The translations under genes were made by a program, and so were the position numbers. The notes beneath the pieces were generated by a model. It was not told where the DNA came from, made no database searches, and saw only the letters and a list, made by a program, of their open reading frames with translations. DNA of 62,195 bases, the filler included, from Basidiobolus ranarum (lineage: Eukaryota): assembly GCA_040143965.1 (NCBI GenBank). It is 11 parts of 11 records of this genome, joined end to end, with 100 filler letters (N's around TTAATTAATTAA, not from the genome) between each part and the next. Parts side by side here need not be neighbours in the genome. Positions count along the whole stretch, not along the records: positions 22,694 to 28,263 come from JASJQH010008427.1; positions 28,364 to 33,931 come from JASJQH010008428.1; positions 34,032 to 39,592 come from JASJQH010008429.1; positions 39,693 to 45,251 come from JASJQH010008430.1; 7 more parts are not named here. The stretch is one strand, 5' to 3'. Positions 26,701 to 40,136 of this stretch are shown piece after piece (position 1 is the stretch's first letter; each line of letters begins with the position of its first letter).

Positions 26701-27821
26701 AATAGGCTCTTATGTGAAGAATCTTCAAATCTACTACATATGCTGTAAGCCACTAACAATATGATACCAAATACCTGAGAGAATATTGAGATCACAAAAC
26801 AAATTCCTGAGCATGGTGCAGTTGGAAGTCTTGTAAATGAGATAGCTGATACAAGGCCTGATGTTGCTACAGCTGTAAGTATAGTAGACAAATATATGGA
26901 AAATTCTTCAATTAAACATTGGATAGCTGTGATAAAGATAGTACACTATCTTAAAGGAACAAGACTTCATCACACTCAACTTAGCAAGTAGTACACCATG
27001 TCTGACAATTTGGAAGGATATGCTTATGTAGTCTGGGCTAATTGTACAGAAGACTAAAAGCCTAGAACTAGACATATGCTTAAGCTAGCTAGTGGACCAG
27101 TTAGCTGGATTACTAAGGAACAACAAGCTGTGGAATTATCAGCTACAGAAGTTGAATATATGGCAAGCCCTATGGTGGTGCAAGAAACTACATGGCTAAG
27201 AAGTTTCCTCAAGGAAACAAGATATACTCAAGTTAATCCTACCCTGTAGTAACAAGAAAATATTTGCTATATTCAGATCACCAATAATCCTGCACAACAC
27301 TCAAGGATGAAACATATTTGCACAAGTCGTTGTTTTATAGAAGAGAAAGTTCAAGACAAAGAAGAGAACTTTGTTTATTGCAACACTGAGAACAAGATTG
27401 CAGAGAACCTAACAAATCAACTCAAAATTACAAGTGTTGAAAAGTTAAGAGCAGGCATAGTCATTGATGGGGTTAAGCACAATGCTGCATAAGAACTACA
27501 AGAAGGTGTTGGATATTTTATCTTTATTCCACATCTTAGTTAACCTGCTTTATGATACCTATATCACAAGCAGAAAGCAACATATTTGTGGCCCCTACAT
27601 TCAAATTAGGAACATCTCTATACCTACACAATCAATATATCTTATTACCCCCACTTATCTATTACATTGTATTATACAAGCTCCAGAATATCTTACAAAA
27701 TTGAATTCTTGCTTTATTCTATGAGTTACCATTTTCTTTTAAAGATAAAGTAATTAAAGCACTATCATAAGCAGCCTTTGAAATACAAAGTCTATTCCTG
27801 TTGTGTCAAGATCTTCTAACC
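23708..27821 (+). mobile_element. Near full-length, heavily decayed Ty1/copia element (family D)
   Basis: The 5' LTR remnant ends CCAACA (23841), followed by PBS TGGTAGCAG. Then come gag SAKNAWEIL, protease WILDS, integrase DLCGPMKT, RT RLVVKGYAQ and RNase H SATEVEYMA. The 3' LTR runs from TGTTGG (~27507) to ~27821 and aligns with 23710-23841. Confidence 0.85.
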
Positions 27822-28205
27822 AGCTTGAATATAACCACATCCAGCCAACTTTTTCTTTTGACAATGTTACAACAATCATTTCTAAGCTTCACAAGGTTTA
27901 ATGAAAATAAAAGAATTGTTTTAAGCAATACATTATTAAATAAAAGTGTCTGGAGCATGTAAGAAAAGGGCAATTTGTAGCTAAATGCAAAAGTATCTTT
28001 AAATATAATGTAAAGAAGCATGTATACTATGTTATACCAGGACAAAGTTTTCTATACATGAAGTGATTTCCTTCAATAAAAACACACTATCTGAGAGCAG
28101 GAATTAGAAAAGCATCAAGTTAAGCCCATGTGATGTTCAGTAAAATTTTGCCATCAAAGAAATTCTCTAAGAGACTGTGACTATTTGAACTATTCTAAAG
28201 AGCAC

Positions 28206-28261
28206 TAAGGATGTTGACGAAATGGCTTTAAACGACCCGTCTTGAAACACGGACCAAGGAG
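28206..28261 (+). rRNA. 56-nt fragment of 28S (LSU) rDNA, conserved core after D2
   Basis: AATGGCTTTAAACGACCCGTCTTGAAACACGGACCAAGGAG contains the universal NL4/LR3 primer site. It is a fragment at a contig end, not a gene. Confidence 0.85.
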
Positions 28262-28363
28262 GCNNNNNNNNNNNNNNNNNNNNNNNNNNNNNNNNNNNNN
28301 NNNNNNNTTAATTAATTAANNNNNNNNNNNNNNNNNNNNNNNNNNNNNNNNNNNNNNNNNNNN

Positions 28364-28719
28364 AATAAAAACAAGGCTGTTACTAGGACTGGCTTTTGTA
28401 AATCTTCTTTGCACTGTGATTCAACGTACGAGAAGACGCTTTTGGCCTCCGGCTTGCTACAGAATGGCCCATTGCAATATCCAAGTAAAACTGACCTATA
28501 GCTATCTGGATTCAAATCTCTCGCGAGGGAAGGATTCATCATACTAATCATAGGCAAAGGTATACAAGGAGATGCAGTCATAGCCATATTAATGAAAGCT
28601 TCCTCACAAATATGTGACAGCTCTAAGTGAGGCATACTTAAGGAAGGGGTAGGGGCGGATAAAGTTCGAGAAATAGCTCCAAATGTAACCAGAACAAACA
28701 TAACCAAGCCACCTGCCAT
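28364..28719 (-). CDS. Putative secreted Cys-containing protein, 3'-truncated
   Basis: ATG at 28719, hydrophobic leader MAGGLVMFVLVTFGAISRTLSA, five Cys in the visible part, and TATATAAA about 115 nt upstream. Open to the contig edge. Confidence 0.65.
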
Positions 28720-29270
28720 ACTGTACAAAGAGTGAAGTTATCGAGATTGACTGAAAAGGGTGTAGTTGGGCTTTAGCGAGTAAACTTTGTCTCAATCAGA
28801 TAGTATTTGACCATCCCGAACTCGCTCTAACTTTATATACGTGGTGATGTTGGCTGAGGAGCTAAGCCTAAACGCGTGAAACATACTAACTGCTTTGGCA
28901 ATAATTTCATTTGTAGGAATGCTGAGTTCATATCACCAAATCTGAATATCTGAACAGTGGTTAGAGTCAACCAAGCCCATCACAGATACAAAATGGTTTG
29001 ATGGCAGAAGAACATACTTCAACGATAGTGTCTCTACGTCACCTCTTACCGAGAGAACTAATATCTAGATAAGTTGCACACAATCCCTGAGTACATGGGA
29101 TGTGGATAAAATCACTGGATAATAAAACTGGAGTATTTATCTTGTTGGTAAAGGAAAGTCCAGACTATATACAATAGAAAGGTATGGTGTTGGATATTGA
29201 ATACGTGAACTCATAAGTAGTGTGTAAATAGATGGATTTCATTTCTTAAATATAAGCATAATCAGGCCGA

Positions 29271-31948
29271 TTAAATCAATCCTTTCTTTCTTAATTTTTT
29301 GGTATCTCTAGTGGGCCCTCTATCCGCAAGCCCTAATTCTTCAGCTTTCTTGGAGAGTTTCTCGATATCGCTTGTTTTGAGGTTTACTTTTCTCGATGCC
29401 TCTAAAATAGTATTTGGCTGGAGCAATTCGTGAGGAATATGAAGAAGGAATGAGAGAATCTCGGTATTTGATGGACAATGGTTGAGAAGATGGTCTAAAG
29501 TCAGAGGAAAGCTCAGTGCTTGTCTATGCGAGTTCATGTACGCACTCTTCACTTACCTTTACAGCAATCTAGTATGGCTAAGCCGATACGAAACAATACT
29601 TTGACGCCTGGAGTATACATACAAAAGAGGTTAGCGCAAAAGTATCTAATCTGACCTATGTATACTAAGATCAACCTCTCAAGAATAACAGATCCCAGAC
29701 ATGGAGCACGGTCGACCAAGGCAGTGTCATAGTATACACAGTAAGAAACCATTGGGTCATGTACATTAGAGGGACTACATCATTGGAAGCCTTTTGGGCA
29801 TGTTAGTGATGTTCAATGTCAATAGTGGTTTGTCTGTGTACCAGTTTTCGGTGCAGCTTAGGATTGTGTATCAAAAGGAGACGATCGAAAACCGCAGCAT
29901 GGATTCGTAGTTTAGATAATGTAGGAGTATAGTATCCGGAAAGATACTTATCAATGGTAGCCACAAGTAACCAAAAGGTATCCTAAAGACATAAACAGTG
30001 TCAAACGCAAGAATATATACATTTAGCCTCAATTACTTTACCTCTGGGGTGATATTCTGCATCAGCATCATTCCTACCAAACGGCCCATCCCTTGACAGT
30101 AGCCAACCTCTGGGTTGTATTGAGCATAGGCCTTCAGGACGTCGTACAAATTGACCTGTCTACGTGACAAACATATGTCGTTAATAACACTCGCATGACA
30201 CCTTGCAACATTGACCATACCCATCACCATTGGCCTCGTAAAACATGATGTTATCTGGGTAGCATCTTTGGATATCCTTTTCAATGACGTCGTAGATTTC
30301 CAATCGTTCTTTCGAAAGAAGCTCCTGAAAAACCATGAACATTATGGAGTAGTCAATACAACTGGAGGCTGTCTGATCTTGATCGTAACAGCAACCAACC
30401 TGATATAATCCTGGCTGACGATAGGCATGACTATCCGCCAGGTATTGCCACACTTGGCCTCGAAGTGAGTCCGGAATGCCGTAACCTACCAATCGCTTAA
30501 CCTTTATATACATGTGTCATTTATTGGCCATGGTATCGGATCATTAAAAACTGGACACAAACCCGAGTGGAGTGCTTGACATAGTCAACATTATAGCCAG
30601 AAAGAATTTCAATCCACTTCGCTTCCTTGTCTTTATGTAAACCCAAGACTCGTCCCAACCGCGAGTGTTGCGCTCTAGGAACGCAGTTAAGAAATGGTGA
30701 TTTCGTTACTATCAAGAAATTATAAAAGATTACCCTAAATCCTGAATGCTTATAAAGCTCTCAGAGTCGGATGCATCACATAAAAAGCCATAATTATCTA
30801 CAGTCAAATGTTGATTAGTAGATCCGGTATTAGAGTGGTCCATTTCATATTGTTCTTCAGGATCGTCTCCAAACGCAGAGCTCTTGGACACCGTACGAGG
30901 AAGTGAACTTGCGCTTCCACTATTTAGACTGGATGTCTCTCCTTCGTTGTTTGGGAGACTGCTCTCTTTGGAAGTGTCGTCGTACTCCTCCTTAAAAGAA
31001 TGATCGGGTACATCAGTAACGCCCACCTCATCTGATGGTGTCAAAAGAATGGTAACTCCATCATAACTATCGTTGGGTGCTTGGATTTGTGAAGTTGATG
31101 TATTGTACTGAGGGTCTATTTCGAGAGGGGTTGTAGCTGATTTTGTTGTCGACTTGGTGGTATTTGTGTCAAATGAATCCAAATCAATAGGAAAAGGCCG
31201 ATTCCTGGAAGATACAAATAAGTTAACAGGGTTGTTCAATATGAAATTGGAATATCCATAATTTCAAAGATCAAGTAGTATACTTCGACAATTACTCTTT
31301 ATGTTCTCCGTTAGATCCCACGTTTGTAATAGTGTTGCTTGTTTCTTCGGAGTTATCTATTAGCGTTAGCTTACGCAAATCTACGGCTTGATTTTCAGTG
31401 TCGAGTAGCATACTATTATCTCGTCCCTTGGCCTTCGCTCTTCTACCTATACCTTTGACATCGTTATATAGAGTATCTCTTCTTCGAACAGGAGTTCCAA
31501 CCACATTCAAGTAAATTATGTGTACAGAATCGATAGAGAAGTGACCAATTTTGTCATCACAATACCCCTGAACAGTGAAATCAGTTAAATGTAGAAATAT
31601 AAGCAAAATTGTTGAGGTGGAAAAGTACCTGGTAGATGTCCTCTTTGATGTGATTGAGAATTACTATTATGTCGCCTTTTCGAGAGAATTTGTTAAAATG
31701 TATATTTGTATGATTTATGCCAGTGATATTTTCAAACATGCCTGTATAAAAAGGCAAAGTATTCTTAGCCGACTTAGAGGCGTCCTCCTCTGCAACACAA
31801 GTGCCGATTCCACCTATCACAATAATAAATTTAAAATGACTGTCAGCGCCACGATGTGTCGTGCTTGTTACCGTTACACGTATAGAAAAACTTTAATAAA
31901 CCAAAATAGTGAACCTTCCATAGCGAACTGCCTCAGTTCCTCAGCCAT
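29271..31948 (-). CDS. Rab GTPase-activating protein (TBC domain) with N-terminal SH3-like domain, multi-exon
   Basis: TBC motifs GIPDSLRGQVW, IEKDIQRCYP, YNPEVGYCQGM, YMTQWFLT and LFRIGLAIL. N-terminal exons splice to CVAEED...LPFYTGDIIVILNH...YQGYCDDKIGHF. The start ATG at 31948 is inferred and internal boundaries are only partly resolved. Confidence 0.85.
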
Positions 31949-32532
31949 ACTTCAATAGTGCTTGAATGAAGGAATAGTGTACACAGAGCAAATATTTATT
32001 TGTAGTTTATTGTCACAAAGCTGGTATTCTATGGAAAGAGAAAATGAAGAGGTATGGATATATGGAGGTATTGTGCTGAGCTGAGTTTCTACTATCATTG
32101 ATAACCAGATTACCACGCACCTCCCCTAAATTGAGAGTAGATTGGCCTGGCAATTCAGAAACTTTTACTGAGCTCGAAGGCTCAATACGTGTCCAATATG
32201 GACGATTTTATTTAGTGGTTATCGATAATAAATGGCCCCCCTATTTGAATTTACCCAGAGTAGTTATTTATTGCAATGCCCTGGTTTTTCGGATTATAGA
32301 TTTCATTTACTCCTTTCATGTTGGCATCGTTCCTTATTTAGAATTTATCTGGATTTCATTCAAGTTGGGAGTATATCAGAATGATATCGATGGTGTGGAA
32401 ATATTTCACAATAATTTTATCGCCTATTTTTTTCTTTTTTTTTCACCTCACATATTGTGACCGTGCAGCCAAAAGACTTGGGCTTCTCCATACTTGTCTG
32501 TATACGTTAAATCAGGTGTAAGCTCAATTATC

Positions 32533-33931
32533 ATGGTAAAATATCTTCTATTTTCAATTCCATCTCTACTTACCAACAAGATATATATACTGAAATATTC
32601 ATGCTTGATATTAGAAAATCAAAGCTTTATCCAGATCCGCCGGGGAGTATACTCGCGAAAGGTCTAATGACATACATAAATTGCAAAGAAATTTAGACCC
32701 TGCCCTGCACCCTTTTGAAAAAGCTAGAGAATACACTCGTGCATTAAACGCAACCAAACTCGAGAGAATGTTTGCTAAACCTTTTATTGCCTCTTTGACC
32801 GGTCATGCTGATGGTGTGTATTGCATGGCTAAACATCCCAAAGATTTGCAGAATTTGATTTCAGGAAGTGGCGACGGTGGTAAGTGATGTCTTCTCTTTA
32901 ATTCATGGTCTAGATTTTGTATGTTAATGTATGTATATGTCCATCCAGAGGTCAGAGTGTGGAGACTTTCCGAACAACAAACTTTATGGAGGGCTCCGAA
33001 TGCTCACAAGGGTATTGTTCGTGGTGTTTGCGCCTTCCCACAACTCGATAATTTTATTTCTGTGGGTGTAGATAAAACAGTGAAGATTTGGAGTTTAGAT
33101 TCAGACGAGCCTGTTAACACCTTCTTCGGTAAGAGTGTGTTCAATGCGGTTGATCATCATCGTGAAGAGCCCTGGTTCGCCACTTCTGGTAACGACGTTG
33201 AAATCTGGGATGTCAATCGTTCCGAGCCTACTCAGACGTTCAGTTGGGGTGCTGATACTATTAATGCCGTCAAATTTAACCAAACGGAAACTAATATTCT
33301 CGCCAGTTGTGGAACCGACCGCACTATTACCCTTTACGATCTGCGCTCTTCTACACCTTTGGCCAAACTCGTCATGCAACTTAAAACTAATGCTCTCGCG
33401 TGGAATCCTATGGAAGCATTCAACTTCACTGCAGCTAACGAAGATCACAATTGCTATACTTTTGATATGCGTAAAATGGACCGAGCCATCAATGTTTTGA
33501 AAGATCATGTATCCGCAGTTCTTGATGTTGATTACTCACCAACTGGTGAAGAGATTGTTACAGGATCTTATGATCGTTCCATTCGTATTTTCCGTGCCAG
33601 AGAAGGACACAGTCGTGATGTCTATCATACTAAGCGTATGCAAAGAATCTTCTGTGTCAAATACTCCATGGATAACAAGTATGTTATATCAGGTTCCGAT
33701 GATGCCAACGTTCGTCTTTGGCGAGCAAATGCCTCTGAAAGAATGGGAAGCAAAGATACTAGAGAACGTACACATCTCGAGTACAACGAGAAGCTTAAGA
33801 ATAGATATAAGCATTTGCCAGAAATCAGACGTATCGACAAACATCGTCACGTTCCCAGGGCCATTGCAAAGGCATCAAGAACCAAAAAGGTTATGGTACA
33901 AAGCAGAAAGGTCAAAGAAGAAAACTTACGG
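32533..33931 (+). CDS. SOF1: U3 snoRNP WD40 protein Sof1/DCAF13, 3'-truncated
   Basis: Exons 32533-32535 (ATG only), 32615-32879 and 32949 to the edge. Motifs MKIKALSRS, RNLDPALHPFEKAREYTRALNATKLERMFAKPF, WNPMEAFNF and YHTKRMQ. Confidence 0.96.
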
Positions 33932-34031
33932 NNNNNNNNNNNNNNNNNNNNNNNNNNNNNNNNNNNNNNNNNNNNTTAATTAATTAANNNNNNNNNNNNN
34001 NNNNNNNNNNNNNNNNNNNNNNNNNNNNNNN

Positions 34032-35974
34032 AGGAGGTCTTTGATGACAATAACCAAGAATTTCTTCTCAGTCTCTTCGTTCATAGCACCACTGATAGAA
34101 CCAACAGCCCAGCAGAGCATGTTAAGATTGTTCCAAGACCATTCAGAACCGTCCATTTGCTTAGCCAACTTGGTAGTCATAATGGATTCAGTGTCGTTGC
34201 CATCCAAGTGAGTAAGGTAAACCAGACACTCTCGCATACTTTTATAGAGGGTGATAGTGTCGGTCTCCTTGATATACTCCCTAACGATTTCTCCCTCGTC
34301 ATTTTCAACGATCAAGACTTCTTCCGGTCTAACCATTCTCTCTATCATAACAACACGTAATTGGGATAGCACTTCTGCGTAAGTGTTTTTCCTTTGAGCA
34401 CCGTTGGAGGCCCCTCCCGATATATTTAAAAGCGGAGCACCTACATTGGAGAGATGTTGGCTTTCCTCGTATAGCTCAGAAACCAACTTATTCCAGTATT
34501 CGAGACAAATCTTAAAAATCTCCCTATCATCAACTCTAGAAATGTTGACTAGGTATTTGTGGGCAGACAACAAAACATCGGGTCCAGCACGAGCTTCGAC
34601 AATCTTCAAGTGAACTGAAAAGAAACTGGTCAAGAATATCGCGAGATTCTGAATAAGTTCTTGTTCCTCGTCAGAAGCCTCTTCGAAAACTGTTGCAATA
34701 TTGGTATGTGGAGGAATCATATTAACAACAGATGACATTACCATCTCGAAGAGAATAGGGAATTTATCTTCATATTTATCATTGACCGTCAAACCACCAA
34801 TCTCAGTTAAACATTTGAGGGTGACGTTACGAAAAGCTGGAACTTCCAGGAAGCGACCTCGCAGACTATCAATGATATTGGTTTCGAATATATATCCAAG
34901 GGGGATCCAATTTAAAAATCTCAGTAAAGTTTCCAAAGTAGCTTTGATAAGGGAAGGTTTCTGTGCCTTCTCCAACACCTCACTACACAGTTGGAAAATC
35001 TCGGAAAATTCTCCACACATCTGTTGCTTAAGATTGCGTGTTTTTACTTGGGTCATTTGCTCAGCTGAATAATCAAAAATTTCCTCACTGGAAAGAGAAG
35101 TATGATGAATAAATGCATTGAAATTAGTGAAAGATAGATATGCTACCTGAGAAGTTTGAGAATGGCCATATTGTTCTCGCAAAGGGCAAGGTTGGTTTTA
35201 CTGGAGGAAACGATTTCAGGAATAAATGTAGGCCAGTTCTTAGGCCACTCCTGTTTTAGGATCTAAAGAGAACATGTAAGTAGAAAATCGGAATATACAG
35301 GTTGTTAGATAACGTACTTGAACTAAACTTAAATTCAGCTTATTGAGTAGAGTTTTTTCACGTTGTAGAGTAGCTTCATCCGAGGAGAGTTTAATAGTAA
35401 TAGCGACAATAAAATTTTTAATTCCTGGATAAATAACAAGGGATTAGTGAAGGAAAGGGCTATATAGATGTGGATCTTTCAAACCTTCACATTGTTCTCT
35501 AGGAAGCACTTTCCAGCGAGTTTGGACAAGTTTATCGAGAATCTGAAGTGCGATAAACTATTCATACAGTAGAAGATTAGTTTTGAATAGACCATTGATA
35601 AACGGTGTTAATGAACCTTTGTGTGTGAGGCTTTGGAATGTTCTAAAATGGCATCAACTCTAGTCCAGGCCTCAGGATGATCTTGGAATTGAGTTAAGAC
35701 TTGTTGGGCCATTTGTTGCTAAGAGAAAGGCATATTTTTAGACACAAAGGGCTCAATTCAATAATTAGTATATGGCATGCCAACATACTTCAGCACCTTT
35801 CCCGAGAAAGAAGGTCTCAACAACTTGATCTAGAAGCTGAATGTTAAGCTCGCGAGAAAAGTCCAAAATACCCTATTTCACAAAGAAATTGCGAGGAACA
35901 ATTCATCAGTAAATCAATCCAGCTCATATGTAATTTAAGAGAGTATTTTAGTAACATTCGATACTTACATCCAT
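34032..35974 (-). CDS. CRM1: Exportin-1, N-terminal half (3'-truncated), multi-exon
   Basis: [83 protein letters not shown] and [22 protein letters not shown]. Confidence 0.97.
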
Positions 35975-37528
35975 ACTGAATTATCCTTTTGCCACCTATC
36001 GAACAAAGAAAAATATTAAAATCAGGACCCGTACATTTTTAAGAAGTTGAAAACAAGTTTCAGTATATGTTTATGTAGTGAAATCATTGTGTCGCCTAAT
36101 CTACAGCTTTGGGACGAGAGAGGGAGCATTTACGAGCTAACTATAAGCATTGATCGAATATGAACTACCAACCTGCTTCGATATGTAAATTAGGGGAGAG
36201 ATAAGGTGCAATGATAAAGAGACAAAATTGAAGGTTGTTTGGACAAGCCCAGTATATCGAAAAAAAATTATAATGCTTTACGATGCCCAAACCTACCTGG
36301 GAATCTCGAAATACATCTGAATGTTTTTCATGGCTACTATTTGTAGGTATACCTACTCTTTAAGCCTGCAATAGAGGTAAGGGGAAATTCACAAATCAAG
36401 CATTCTCCCAAAATACGCTTATATTTCAGTAAATCAGCGACTTCCTTGATAATTTAATTATACGGGTTTGAGTGTTCAAGATCAACACCAACATTTATTG
36501 AGCAGGGTCGACTAGCTTAGAGGGATAGCACCATGTGGTTAACATTGCCTACCAATACTTGTGTCTGTTTACTGCAGACCGGCACTATATCACGTGATTA
36601 CTGATCATTGGGTTGCGCTGTCAAAGCCTAGAGATGTGGTATTGTCTTCGAGTGCAATGAGCGACCAAATTCGTCTCCGAAATCCCAGAAATCCAGGTTT
36701 AGCTGCGTGTGTGACCATTGAATCTCCACGGCTCCGTGCCAAGATGTTTAGGGTTGCTAATGATTGTGGGATACCACATCGGCCTATTCGTTCGGACATT
36801 GGGCGATGAATAGAGTTTGTAAGCATCAGTACATCTACAGATGGATGCCCTTCAGCGGTTTCCGGAAGCCATCTCGATTGGGCATTGCGTCCAATTCAGC
36901 AGTGCATTTGTGACAAGTGAATCAATTACGATGTGACCCTGAGATGGGCCAATAGACTGCGTACACACAGTCATGGTACAGGGATTCGGTAATTTCATGA
37001 CTTTAACTGCTGTAAAGACACGCATACCCAATGGTCCCCTTATAGTACCCGTCCTGTGACCTGTTTACCTGTTGGAATGGCGTAATGGTGCATTGTTAGC
37101 ATACCCAGTCATGTCTGCTTGGTTGGTGGGAAATTGATCTAGTGCGATGGTTTATTATTGATGGATTTGCATACTACGCATAGGTTCAGCGTGACAACAG
37201 TCGGTCGCTGGACTTGCTGTTGAGCTAATTTATTAATAGCTTGCTTTTCACACCAGCCAATCATTCATCTCTAAGCATCATGTGTTGCTTATTTTGATTC
37301 ACGTAAAGGATGTTCTGGCAACCCTCATTAGGTGAAAGAGGTAGAATCAGTGCCATTGACTAAGTTACCCCAGATGGGTAATATACCCGTCTTATGCCCA
37401 GCGTCTGAAATTGTTCAAATTGTCATCGCCTTCTGGCCTCGGTTATCTAAATCCCCAGGCTTTCCTTATCACTCTTTTCTTGAGTCTACCCTTCTCCCTC
37501 TATCAATCCCAGTTTCTCTTTTATCGTC

Positions 37529-38472
37529 ATGAACCCAGAATAGTAAGTACAGCACTTTCTTTCATCTTGACTTATACCATTTATATATCAGACCTTAATG
37601 CTAGTTCCCTTCGGAGCGATTATCAATTATCAAATATTATACTATAATATCACTGAAAGTGGATTCTGTGGTTTTTGAGTTTTTGATGCATAACTTGAAA
37701 AAATAGTCAACCCTTAAATCGAACCAAAATATATTTACCTTTTCTTATCAACAGCGATTATTTGTTCAAACTTCTACTTATTGGTGATTCAGGAGTTGGA
37801 AAATCTTGCCTTCTACTTCGTTTTGCCGATGATACATATACTGAGAGCTATATCAGTACAATTGGGGTTGATTTCGTAAGCACCATAGCTAATAATAATT
37901 CACTTTCTTTTTACTTCTCTAACTAATTTTGACAGAAAATCCGCACCATTGAACTTGAAGGCAAGACTATTAAGCTTCAAATCTGGGATACAGCCGGTCA
38001 GGAGCGCTTCCGTACCATTACCTCTTCCTATTATCGTGGTGCTCATGGTATCATCGTCGTCTATGATGTGACAGATCAAGATACTTTCTCCAACGTAAAG
38101 CAATGGTTACAGGAAATTGATCGCTATGCTTCTGAAGGTGTAAATAAGCTTCTTGTTGGTAATAAAAGTGATTTGACTACCAAAAAAGTGGTAGAATACG
38201 AAAGTGCTAAGGTAGTTAAGGCCTTTATCGAATCTAATATCACACTATCTTTAATACAATAAGTTTTCTAGGAATTCTCTGATCAGATCAGTATCCCCTT
38301 CTTGGAGACTTCTGCAAAGGATTCTACCAACGTTGAGCAGGCCTTCCTTACTATGGCTAAACAAATCAAAGATCGGATGGGTACCAACACTGTCACACCT
38401 TCCACTAAGCAGAATATCAAGATTGGCCAGGGTAGCTCAGTCCCTGCCCAGTCTAGCGGTGGTTGCTGCTAG
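37529..38472 (+). CDS. YPT1: Rab1-family GTPase Ypt1, 203 aa, 4 exons
   Basis: Exons 37529-37542, 37755-37875, 37936-38211 and 38272-38472. Motifs [60 protein letters not shown] and C-terminal GGCC. Confidence 0.98.
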
Positions 38473-39692
38473 TTTTCTTGTTCTCGGCCTAGTCGGCTGA
38501 TGAGACTTTGACCCCACTCCTTTTACAACAAGCCTGTAAATCCACAACTCAGACGAACAAATTGTCCCTTTTTCACTTGTCACTTTCAGATCTATCCATT
38601 TATTACTGGTATGTATGCGTGCTCTTCACCTCCTTCGTACCATATTTATGGGCAGCACTATTTAGTTTCATAGTATTATTTTACTCAATTCTCCTTTAAA
38701 TTCTAGTTTGGTATTTTTCAGATTAAAATTTAAACTTGTCTACTGTATGAATGTCTGTTTGCAAATAATTGAGCATTTCACGGAAGTTGGCTGGGCTGAT
38801 GCGGCATGGCGAAGTGAATTCTTTCTGTAACATGAGTATCCATCCACAAATATACTGCGTGGATGAGATCATTTTGATATGGTATTTTTACATCAGCCAG
38901 ATATGATAGATTCAATAGCTGACATGAGGCAGACTATTTTTTACATCAAAAATCTATTTTGTGACTTGTGATACTCAATAGAATTATTAAGATTAAAAAT
39001 CCTCCTTTTTTTTTTGTTCCATCACGTTCATTCTTGAGGAATCATTTATTATTCTTGCCTTGAACTCATCAAGTAAATCCAAAGTTCATCTTTATCTTAC
39101 AAGTTACAAAATACGGAGCCATAGTTTTCGGTACGCATTCAATACTAGACCTACTTTTTCTATGCTTAGAAAGAGATTTTTTTCCGTCTCTGTATCGCCT
39201 AGTTTCCAGGCTCTAATATTGGAGCCGGATTTTTATGGTTCTTGATATATGCTTTCCTATCAAGACATCTACCTTTGAACTGGCTTCTTGCATAATTTAA
39301 AAGAATTAAACTGAAGACGACTAAATTTACTTTCTTTTCAAGGTAGATCCGATATTTGTCGAAAGTTTGAATCTTTACGGAGATACTTCAAGAGAGAACC
39401 AGGTAAAATAGAAGCAAAGTTACACTTAACTTGTTGACAATGTCACTTTACGTTTATTTGATATCTAGTTAGAGAGCTAATTCAGTTTGGTTATTTGGTA
39501 TACTAGGTTTCTTACCACTTCTACATACACCTCTTTTACTTAGATGGGTTAAACCGGAGTTTCTACTTTTTTCGTATTATATCCACTTTTTTNNNNNNNN
39601 NNNNNNNNNNNNNNNNNNNNNNNNNNNNNNNNNNNNTTAATTAATTAANNNNNNNNNNNNNNNNNNNNNNNNNNNNNNNNNNNNNNNNNNNN

Positions 39693-40136
39693 TTGCTGAT
39701 ATATTAACCAAACCATCAGCTATGCAGATATGTGAGAAATTTAGACCATCCTTAGGATTAATTTATATGAATTTTTAATTGGGGGAGAGTGTTGAAATTA
39801 ACATTGTCTAGGCACCTATAAAGTCACACATAGCTTTGCATATAGTTATATTATTTTGAACTAAGATACTACCTATTATTCTCAATTGAACATACTTGGT
39901 GTATTTTTACCAACTTAGAATCTCTCAGATATATAGATTATTTCAAACTTGTGTTAGAACCACAAACTTTGCACACATGTTCCTGGGATCTTTCTAATCA
40001 CATTCTACATGTTAGTTTGCTTACATCATGACAAAACTATAGATGTCAACTTTCAACTCAATAAATCAACAAGTGAAAACCGCCAATTTCTCTAATTCTC
40101 CAAACTACTTCCAACAGGCTCCCAAATACTTTAACA
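39693..40136 (+). mobile_element. Copia family A 3' end with PPT and complete 3' LTR (39790-40136)
   Basis: ADILTKP, PPT GGGGGAGAG and LTR TGTTGAAATT...TTTAACA (347 bp). Confidence 0.9.

Noticed and set aside
34032-34060. Leptomycin-B-sensitivity residue of CRM1
   Set aside because: The contig ends at KDLL, just before the diagnostic position.
36540-37250. GC-richer stretch between CRM1 and YPT1 with ATCACGTGAT and several CCAAT boxes; ORFs 36561-36809 and 36605-36826
   Set aside because: It is compatible with an ordinary divergent promoter region. I recognise no ncRNA or protein.
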